Shown here piece after piece: positions 57,581 through 64,000 of a DNA stretch of 64,000 bases. A model generated the notes under the pieces. It saw nothing but the letters and a program-made list of their open reading frames with translations. It had not been told where the DNA came from and made no database searches. Every line of letters starts with the position of its first letter. Position 1 is the first letter of the stretch. Made by a program: the position numbers and the translations under genes. This stretch comes from an uncultured Fidelibacterota bacterium (lineage in GTDB: Bacteria > Fidelibacterota > Marinisomatia > Marinisomatales > Marinisomataceae): positions 27,154-91,153 of the forward strand of contig CACOSI010000001.1 of assembly GCA_902629855.1 (NCBI GenBank), read 5' to 3'.

Positions 57581-58226
57581 AAATTGCTGTTCCTATTCTT
57601 ACCATGTTTGATCCGGCCAACTCCCCTTCAAAAAAATCGCCGCTCATTCCCATAGAAAGAGTGGTCATTTGGTTTTGTTTTTTGTTGTTTATTTTTTTAT
57701 AAAGCTCTGCCGTTCTCAGAAAAGCTCTTTTTATTGTCTGTTTGTTTTGCGTGTTTGGGCCCATGGTCATGAAGCCCTCTATTTTTATGTTTTTAAGCAT
57801 AAAACATTCTAAAATTTTACTCTCTTCTTCAAAAGAAAATCCATTTCTTTCTTTGATTTCTGTGCTATTTATCTGTAATAGCACTCTTTGCTTTTTGTTT
57901 ATTTTTTTTGCTTCTTCTGATATTTTTTTTGCCAGCCTCACGGTTCCTACGGTATCTATAACATCAAAGGTTTTAATGGCTCTTTTTACCTTGTTAGACT
58001 GTAGGGGCCCTATAAGCCTTTTTTCTACTTTGTTTATTTTTTTTATTTGGTTGAACTTTTTTTCTGCTTCTTGTACTCTGTTTTCACCTATTGTTAGCGC
58101 TCCGCCCTCTATGGCCTCTTCTACCTCTTGGTGTGTCCTGGTTTTTGTAACTACAACGACTGTTGTGTTTTCTTTTAGTTGATGACTAACCTTCTGCAGG
58201 TTGTTCGCTATTTGCGTCTTCTCCAT
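57564..58226 (-). CDS. yggS: YggS family pyridoxal-phosphate homeostasis protein
   Basis: 220 aa. Has VVVTKT (PLP Lys), [23 protein letters not shown]...A...G...VRIG..IFG. Confidence 0.8.
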   Translation of the reverse strand: MEKTQIANNLQKVSHQLKENTTVVVVTKTRTHQEVEEAIEGGALTIGENRVQEAEKKFNQIKKINKVEKRLIGPLQSNKVKRAIKTFDVIDTVGTVRLAKKISEEAKKINKKQRVLLQINSTEIKERNGFSFEEESKILECFMLKNIKIEGFMTMGPNTQNKQTIKRAFLRTAELYKKINNKKQNQMTTLSMGMSGDFFEGELAGSNMVRIGTAIFGPRK

Positions 58227-60666
58227 CTTCTTTTTTTTCTTCTTCTGTCATTATTCTTGTTATAGAAGACACAAGGGTTCCTTCTCCAAGCTTTATAAGC
58301 TTAACTCCTTGGGTAGCTCTTCCTATTGATCTTATCTGTGAAACAGGAAGTCTAATTAAAACACCCTGGTTTGTAATAATCATTAGGTCATCTTTTTCAA
58401 CAACCTCTTTAATTGTTACCATTTTTCCAACCTTGTCGGTTGTTTTCATTGTAAGAACACCCTTGCCGCCTCTTTTTTGGGCCCTGTATTGTGAAATTTC
58501 AGTTCTTTTACCAAAACCTTTTTCTGTTGCAACCAGCACTGTACCATCCCTTTTTATGAGCAACATTCCAACTAACTTATCGTCCTCTGAGCTTAGGGTT
58601 ATTCCTTTAACCCCCATCGTTTTTCTTCCGCTTGCTCTTATTTGCTCTTCTGAAAACCTTATTGATTTTCCGTTTCTTGTTCCTAAAAGAATATCGTTAT
58701 CTCCTGTTGAAACCCTTGCCTCTATAAGCCTATCTCCTTCTCGAATTTCTACAGCATATATTCCTTTTTTTCTTGGGTTTGAGTATGCAGAAAGCTTGGT
58801 TTTTTTAACCATTCCTTTTTCTGTGGCCATTACAACAAAATGGTCTTCGTTAAATTCTTTTACGCTTATAAATGCGCTTACTTTTTCTTCTGGATCACAG
58901 CCTATTAAATTAACAATAGCTCTACCCTTGGCAGCTCTTCCACCCTCTGGAATATCGTAGACCTTTACCCAATAACACTTTCCTCTGTCTGTGAAAAACA
59001 GTATGTAGCTGTGGGTGTTGGCAACAAACAGGTGTTCAACAAAGTCTTCTTCTCTCGAGCTTGCTCCCTGTACACCTCTACCACCCCTTCTCTGGCTTCT
59101 GTAGGTGCTTAGGCTTGTTCTTTTTATATAGCCATTGTGAGTAATGGTTAAAACCATTTCTTCTTCAGCTATCATATCCTCAATGCTTAGCGTAGTAAAG
59201 TCTTCTATTATTTCAGTTCTTCTTTCTTCTCCATATTTATCTTTAACCTCAAGAAGCTCTTCTTTAATTATGGACATTCGTTTTTCTTTGCTTTCTAAAA
59301 TGCCCTTTAGTTCTGAAATAAGCTGAATGATGTCTTTATATTCGCTCATAATTTTATCTGTCTCTAGGCCTGTCAGTCTTTGAAGCCTCATATCTAATAT
59401 TGCTTGAGCCTGCTTTTCTGATAATCCAAAACCCGACATCAAGGATTCTCTTGCGCTATTTGGGTCTTTGCTTTTCTTAATTGTCTCTACAATTTTATCG
59501 ATGTTTTTGAGGGCTATTTTTAATCCCTCTAAAATATGTGCTCTTGCTTCTGCTTTTTTAAGATCAAACTCTGTTCTTCTGACAACAACGTCCTGCCTAA
59601 ATGTTACAAAAACATCTAAAAGCTCTTTTAAAGACATAACCTTCGGTGTTCCATCTACAAGCGCCAACAGAATTATACCAAAGGTGTCTTGTAATTGTGT
59701 TTGCTTATATAGTTGATTTAAAACAACCTCTGGCACAGCATCTCTTTTTGTCTCAATTACAACTCTCATGCCGTCTTTGTCAGACTCATCTCTTAGTTCT
59801 GCAATTCCTTCAATCTTTTTATCTCTTGCGAGCTCCGCTATTTTTTCGATTAAGTTCGCTTTGTTTACTTGATAAGGAAGCTCTGTAATAATTAAAGAAT
59901 CTCTACCTTTATTTGAAGGCTCTACGTGTGCTCTTCCTTGCATAACAACCTTTCCTCTACCAGTCTCATATGCATCTTTTATTCCCTGCAATCCAAGAGC
60001 TTTTCCTGCTGTCGGGAAGTCGGGGCCCTTTATGTGTTTCATTAGATCTTTTGTTTCTATTTCAGGGTCGTTTATTAAAGAAACCAGGCCGTCAACTAAC
60101 TCAGAAAGGTTGTGCGGAGGAATCTTTGTTGCCATTCCAACAGCAATTCCCTCTGAGCCGTTTACAAGCAAGTTTGGATAAACTGCTGGTAAGACTGCGG
60201 GCTCTTTTAAAGTTTCATCAAAATTATTTGTCCAAGGAATTGTTTCTTTTTCAATATCTCTTAGGAGCTCGCTTCCAATTTTTGACATTCGAGATTCTGT
60301 GTATCTCATTGCAGCGGCTCTATCTCCATCAACAGATCCAAAGTTTCCTTGTCCCTGAACAAGCTCATGTCTCATTGAAAAGTCTTGGGCCATTCTAACC
60401 AAGGCATCATAGATTGAGCTATCTCCATGTGGGTGGTATTTACCCAAAACCTCTCCTACCACTCTTGCGGACTTTTTGTATGGCCTGTTCCACATTGCTG
60501 ACATTTCACTCATACTAAATAAAATCCTTCTGTGAACAGGTTTTAATCCATCTCTCGCGTCTGGCAGAGCTCGAGACATAATAACAGACATAGAATAGTT
60601 TAAATAACTCTCTTCTAACTCTTTAACAAGCTGTTTATCTAATATGTTGTCTCTTCCTAGGTCCAT
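58186..60666 (-). CDS. gyrA: DNA gyrase subunit A
   Basis: 826 aa. Has [24 protein letters not shown], the [21 protein letters not shown], the active-site AAMRYTE, a GyrA-box-like QRRGGRG, beta-pinwheel repeats and an acidic C-terminal tail. Confidence 0.95.
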   Translation of the reverse strand: MDLGRDNILDKQLVKELEESYLNYSMSVIMSRALPDARDGLKPVHRRILFSMSEMSAMWNRPYKKSARVVGEVLGKYHPHGDSSIYDALVRMAQDFSMRHELVQGQGNFGSVDGDRAAAMRYTESRMSKIGSELLRDIEKETIPWTNNFDETLKEPAVLPAVYPNLLVNGSEGIAVGMATKIPPHNLSELVDGLVSLINDPEIETKDLMKHIKGPDFPTAGKALGLQGIKDAYETGRGKVVMQGRAHVEPSNKGRDSLIITELPYQVNKANLIEKIAELARDKKIEGIAELRDESDKDGMRVVIETKRDAVPEVVLNQLYKQTQLQDTFGIILLALVDGTPKVMSLKELLDVFVTFRQDVVVRRTEFDLKKAEARAHILEGLKIALKNIDKIVETIKKSKDPNSARESLMSGFGLSEKQAQAILDMRLQRLTGLETDKIMSEYKDIIQLISELKGILESKEKRMSIIKEELLEVKDKYGEERRTEIIEDFTTLSIEDMIAEEEMVLTITHNGYIKRTSLSTYRSQRRGGRGVQGASSREEDFVEHLFVANTHSYILFFTDRGKCYWVKVYDIPEGGRAAKGRAIVNLIGCDPEEKVSAFISVKEFNEDHFVVMATEKGMVKKTKLSAYSNPRKKGIYAVEIREGDRLIEARVSTGDNDILLGTRNGKSIRFSEEQIRASGRKTMGVKGITLSSEDDKLVGMLLIKRDGTVLVATEKGFGKRTEISQYRAQKRGGKGVLTMKTTDKVGKMVTIKEVVEKDDLMIITNQGVLIRLPVSQIRSIGRATQGVKLIKLGEGTLVSSITRIMTEEEKKEDGEDANSEQPAEG

Positions 60667-60667
60667 T

Positions 60668-62608
60668 TTATATGTCTATGTTTGTTGCAAATTTTGCTCG
60701 CTCTGTAATAAAGGTTCTTCTGTGCTCAACCTCTGTTCCCATAAGCTCTCTAAATCTCACGTTTGTTTCTTCTTCCATTATATGATCAACCGTGACCTGC
60801 ATTAGTGTTCTAGTTTCGGCGTTCATGGTTGTTTCCCACAACTGTTCGGCGTTCATCTCCCCTAAACCCTTATACCTTTGAATATCAATTTTTGCTTTAT
60901 TTTCAGCCTCCATACGCTGTAGCACGCTGTCTCTTTCTTCATCTGTATATGCATATCTTTCTTTTTTACCTTGTTTAAGTTTATAAAGGGGTGGCATTGC
61001 CATATATAAAAAACCTCCCTGAACAAGGCTTTTCATTTTTCTCCAAAAGAACGTTAAGAGAAGGGTCCTAATGTGACTACCATCAACATCAGCGTCAGTC
61101 ATAATGACTATTTTATGATATCTTAATTTTTCTGGGTTAAAGCTGTTGGGATCTTCTTCGTCTTCACCAAAACCACAACCTAAAGCGGTGATGATTGATT
61201 GTATTTCGTTGTTTGCTAACAGTTTATCTTCTCTGGCTTTTTCAGAATTAATAACCTTTCCTCTTAAGGGTAATATTGCTTGTGTTCTTCTATCTCTGCC
61301 TTGTTTTGCGGTACCTCCAGCTGAGTCTCCCTCAACCAAAAAAAGTTCACATTGAAGAGGGTCTTTGTTTGAACAATCAGCAAGCTTTCCAGGGAGAGTT
61401 GTAGATCCAAGGCCTGATTTTTTTCTTACAAGCTCTCTAGCTTTTTTTGCAGCTATCCTTGCTCTAGCAGCTTCGGCAGCTTTTTCAATAATTTTTTTAC
61501 CAACTTTTGGGTTTTGTTCAAGAAATGCCTGTATTCCATCATAAACTACGTTGTCTACCATTCCTTTTACTTCACCGTTTCCAAGCTTTGTCTTTGTTTG
61601 CCCCTCAAACTGTGGTTCTTGAACTTTTACAGAAATAACAACGGTTAATCCTTCTCTAAAATCATCTCCTGAAAGAGAAAATTTTTCATTTTTTTTCTTT
61701 TTAATTAAATCGTTTTTATTAGCATAGTTATTTAGTGCTCGTGTAAGTGCTGATCTAAAACCTGATAAATGTGTACCACCTTCTATGGTATTGATATTGT
61801 TAACAAAGGAAAAAATGTTGCTATTATAGTTTGTACTGTATCTTAAAGCTAAATCAACAGGAACCTCAATATCTTCTTTTGTTACTGATATAACTTCGTT
61901 ATGTATTAAATCTTCTCCACCATCTAAGTATTTTACGAAGTCTGATAAACCTCCAGGAAAACAATATTCTGTTGAAGATTCTTCTGGTTCATTTATAAGA
62001 GTTATAGATAGGTTTTTGTTTAAATATGCTAGTTCTTTAAGTCTTCCTTTTATTATTTCTTCCTCAAAACCGTTATGTGTAAATACTGAATGATCTGGTT
62101 TGAATGATATAATAGTTCCTCTTTTATTACTTTTACCAACTTTTTCTACCTCTGTTGTAGGTTCACCAATTTTATATTTCTGTCTATAATGAAATCCATC
62201 TCTGTGAACCTCAGCAATAAGCTCTTCTGCTAAAGCATTCACTACAGAAACTCCTACACCATGTAACCCACCTGAAACTTTGTATGTATTTTTATCAAAT
62301 TTTCCCCCAGCATGTAAAACAGTCATCACAACTTCTAGCGCTGGTTTACCTTCTTCTTTATGTATTTCAACAGGAATTCCTCTACCGTTATCTTCAATTG
62401 ATATAAAACCATCATTTCTAATTGTTACTGATATTTCTGTACAGAAACCTGCTAATGCTTCATCAATACTATTATCAACTACTTCACTTACAAGATGGTG
62501 ATAACCTCTTTTTCCAACATCTCCTATGTACATAGCTGGTCTTTTTCTAACAGCCTCTAATCCTTTTAAAACGGATATTTTATCAGCACCATAGTTATTT
62601 TTACTCAT
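60668..62608 (-). CDS. gyrB: DNA gyrase subunit B
   Basis: 646 aa. Has the GHKL ATPase ([14 protein letters not shown]; GGLHGVG), Toprim ([11 protein letters not shown]; DADVDGSHI) and PLRGK.LN motifs. Confidence 0.95.
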   Translation of the reverse strand: MSKNNYGADKISVLKGLEAVRKRPAMYIGDVGKRGYHHLVSEVVDNSIDEALAGFCTEISVTIRNDGFISIEDNGRGIPVEIHKEEGKPALEVVMTVLHAGGKFDKNTYKVSGGLHGVGVSVVNALAEELIAEVHRDGFHYRQKYKIGEPTTEVEKVGKSNKRGTIISFKPDHSVFTHNGFEEEIIKGRLKELAYLNKNLSITLINEPEESSTEYCFPGGLSDFVKYLDGGEDLIHNEVISVTKEDIEVPVDLALRYSTNYNSNIFSFVNNINTIEGGTHLSGFRSALTRALNNYANKNDLIKKKKNEKFSLSGDDFREGLTVVISVKVQEPQFEGQTKTKLGNGEVKGMVDNVVYDGIQAFLEQNPKVGKKIIEKAAEAARARIAAKKARELVRKKSGLGSTTLPGKLADCSNKDPLQCELFLVEGDSAGGTAKQGRDRRTQAILPLRGKVINSEKAREDKLLANNEIQSIITALGCGFGEDEEDPNSFNPEKLRYHKIVIMTDADVDGSHIRTLLLTFFWRKMKSLVQGGFLYMAMPPLYKLKQGKKERYAYTDEERDSVLQRMEAENKAKIDIQRYKGLGEMNAEQLWETTMNAETRTLMQVTVDHIMEEETNVRFRELMGTEVEHRRTFITERAKFATNIDI

Positions 62609-63707
62609 TTATCCTCACAGGCATTAATAAGATTGTTGTATTTTGATCTTTAACAGATGGTAAAAAAAGAGTAGCTGAAGATGAATCTTTAAAGGTAAAA
62701 TTTATCTCTTCATTAGGATATTTTGATACCGCCTCTTTTAAATAGATAGCGTTGAAACCAATTGAAATTTCTTCCCCTGAATATTCTGCAGATTTAAGAG
62801 GAGCAAAAACAGTTTTGCTTTCTGGTTGGTTTACGCTTTTAAAAAAAACTTTTCCTTCAGATATGTTTAAAGATATTTGATTTGTATTTTTGTTTGTGGC
62901 GAGGGATGCTGCTTTAATATTGTTCAACATTTCTGTCTTATTTGCTGTTAGTCTTAATGGATTTTCTTCTGGTATCACAGCATTATAATTTGGATACTTT
63001 TCATCAATTATTTTTGAATAAAACATATCTTTATTATTGTTTGTAAAAACATGATCTCCGCTAAATACTAAATTTGTTTCACTTTGACCGTCTAAAAAAG
63101 AATGTATAATAGATAAAAACTTTTTTGGTATAATAAAAGAACCTGTAAGACTAGTTGTATTTTGTTTTGAAATTTTTACAAGTCTGTGACCGTCAGTAGC
63201 TACAAAATCAATTGAATCTTCTTTAAAATTAAAACAACCTCCATTCAATGCTGGTTTTGTGGGTTCATTGTTCACAGCATACATCAATGAATCTATTATA
63301 TCTTTTAAAACTTTAGTATCAATACAATAAAGGTTTTCATGTTTGTTTTCAGGAACTTCAGGATAATCTTGAAAAGGAACTGTTGACATATCAAAAGATA
63401 CTCCTTTCTCCGACTTAATATTGATATGGGGCCCTGAAACTTCTATATCAACTCTCCCCTCCTCAATAACATTAATAATATCATTTATTTCAGATGTAGG
63501 AAAAAGACCCTCACCTTCTCTGTTCACAGATGCCGTTATGCTCGTTTTAACGCCAACTTCAAGATCTGTTGAATGCAAAGAAACGCCTGCTGCGCTCGCG
63601 GAGATATAAGTATAATTAACTAAAGGATTCTGTGATTTTATTTGTGTTGTTTTAGATAATTTCGAAAAAGCTTCTTGAAGTTCTTTTTTTGTGGTTGAAA
63701 TGTTCAT
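62601..63707 (-). CDS. dnaN: DNA polymerase III beta sliding clamp
   Basis: 368 aa with three-domain clamp length and pattern (ATDGHRL; LMPVR near the C-terminus). Lies upstream of gyrB with an 8-nt overlap. Confidence 0.9.
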   Translation of the reverse strand: MNISTTKKELQEAFSKLSKTTQIKSQNPLVNYTYISASAAGVSLHSTDLEVGVKTSITASVNREGEGLFPTSEINDIINVIEEGRVDIEVSGPHINIKSEKGVSFDMSTVPFQDYPEVPENKHENLYCIDTKVLKDIIDSLMYAVNNEPTKPALNGGCFNFKEDSIDFVATDGHRLVKISKQNTTSLTGSFIIPKKFLSIIHSFLDGQSETNLVFSGDHVFTNNNKDMFYSKIIDEKYPNYNAVIPEENPLRLTANKTEMLNNIKAASLATNKNTNQISLNISEGKVFFKSVNQPESKTVFAPLKSAEYSGEEISIGFNAIYLKEAVSKYPNEEINFTFKDSSSATLFLPSVKDQNTTILLMPVRINE

Positions 63708-63780
63708 AATTAACCTACAATATTATAATAATATTGGGTGCTTAACAAGCTTAAATTGGAACCTAGTATTTAATAATTCT

Positions 63781-63810
63781 TTATATATAAAAATTATAAA
63801 TATTATTATA
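63781..63810. promoter_or_regulatory. 30-nt pure A/T tract, candidate DNA-unwinding element
   Basis: ttatatataaaaattataaatattattata contains no G or C. It is adjacent to the DnaA-box-like sites. Confidence 0.3.
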
Positions 63811-63820
63811 GGTGTTTAAA

Positions 63821-63829
63821 TGTTGATAA
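63821..63829. promoter_or_regulatory. DnaA-box-like 9-mer, one mismatch (TGTTGATAA)
   Basis: 8/9 match to TGTGGATAA, in the same orientation as the perfect box 134 bp away. Confidence 0.3.
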
Positions 63830-63954
63830 CTGTTTAAGAAAGATATTTTGTCCTCATAAAACAACAAAATTTTTTTTGATTTTTATTGTGTAATCGATGT
63901 TAAGAAAATGTTGAAAAGTTTATGATATAAAAATAATATTTTTAGTTATTAATT

Positions 63955-63963
63955 TGTGGATAA
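63955..63963. promoter_or_regulatory. DnaA box, perfect consensus (TGTGGATAA = TTATCCACA on the opposite strand)
   Basis: Exact 9/9 match read directly from the sequence (aatt-TGTGGATAA-gtta). Confidence 0.6.
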
Positions 63964-64000
63964 GTTAAGTCATTTCTTTTTATATAGAAGTTCTGTTTTA

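Larger units (their letters stand above)
63708..64000. other. Candidate chromosomal replication origin (oriC) / dnaN upstream region
   Basis: Largest non-coding stretch in the window and very AT-rich. It contains one perfect and one near-perfect DnaA box and a 30-nt pure A/T tract. It lies upstream of dnaN and is truncated by the window edge. Confidence 0.45.

Noticed and set aside
58433-58960. 175-aa plus-strand ORF antisense to gyrA (and the smaller ones at 59144-60398)
   Set aside because: These are antisense shadows of a highly conserved gene. The translations are L/S/F/P-rich with no recognisable features.
61500-61800. Apparent sharp GC drop inside gyrB, which would suggest a chimeric assembly breakpoint in a conserved gene
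   Set aside because: On reading the codons, both TTA and CTT leucine codons and both A/T- and G/C-ending codons occur on either side. I cannot define a clean breakpoint by eye. This is folded into the general composition finding instead.
1-64000. Search for CRISPR arrays, tandem or interspersed repeats, IS elements, integrases, rRNA, and defence or toxin-antitoxin modules
   Set aside because: I saw no repeat-spacer periodicity, no transposase/integrase/recombinase-like ORFs and no att-like duplications flanking the tRNA. Essentially no unexplained non-coding DNA remains apart from the candidate oriC. By-eye repeat detection is limited, so a dot-plot or k-mer scan should confirm this.

Overview
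This window is a tightly packed housekeeping segment of an AT-rich, diderm (LPS/BamA-containing) bacterium. By my tally of gaps, only about 2% is non-coding. I call 64 protein genes, one tentative 48-codon small ORF and one tRNA-Gln; about 70% of genes are on the minus strand. The right edge looks origin-proximal: dnaN-gyrB-gyrA (no recF) lies next to a 293-bp AT-rich spacer carrying a perfect DnaA box. Main blocks: (1) an outer-membrane/lipid A cluster, mrp-uppS-bamA-skp-lpxD-lpxC-fabZ-lpxA-dxr-rseP, plus an LpxL-type acyltransferase. (2) A long co-directional string, uvrA / ruvB-queA-ispDF-ispE-tRNAGln-prs-rplY-pth-hppA-rpsF-rpsR-rplI. (3) mutY, a eukaryote-like type II glutamine synthetase and an Lrp regulator. 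(4) A second lipid A cluster, Gfo/Idh/MocA oxidoreductase-lpxB-DUF374-lpxK. (5) exbB-exbD-exbD-tonB. (6) A three-subunit sdhCAB (cytochrome b558 type). (7) ppdK, folA-thyA, an M16 peptidase and assorted enzymes and transporters. I see no rRNA, CRISPR array, transposase, integrase, prophage or obvious defence/toxin island, and I cannot point to a convincing novel multi-gene system. The items most worth a second look are the candidate oriC, an lpxA whose conserved N-terminus has no canonical start codon, and a 48-codon ORF that exactly fills the only sizeable convergent gap. Others are the systematic 3'-end gene overlaps, gene-to-gene GC/amino-acid heterogeneity (about 22-27% versus about 50% GC on hand-counted 60-nt lines), a tRNA embedded in an operon that leaves prs with a 6-nt leader, the oxidoreductase/DUF374 partners of lpxB/lpxK, and one orphan Cys4 protein. 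All calls rest on reading the ORF translations and sequence by eye; no database search was run. Taxonomy cannot be assigned from here. The b558-type Sdh and double ExbD are reminiscent of FCB-type or uncultured marine lineages, but strong AGGAGG Shine-Dalgarno sites are used.
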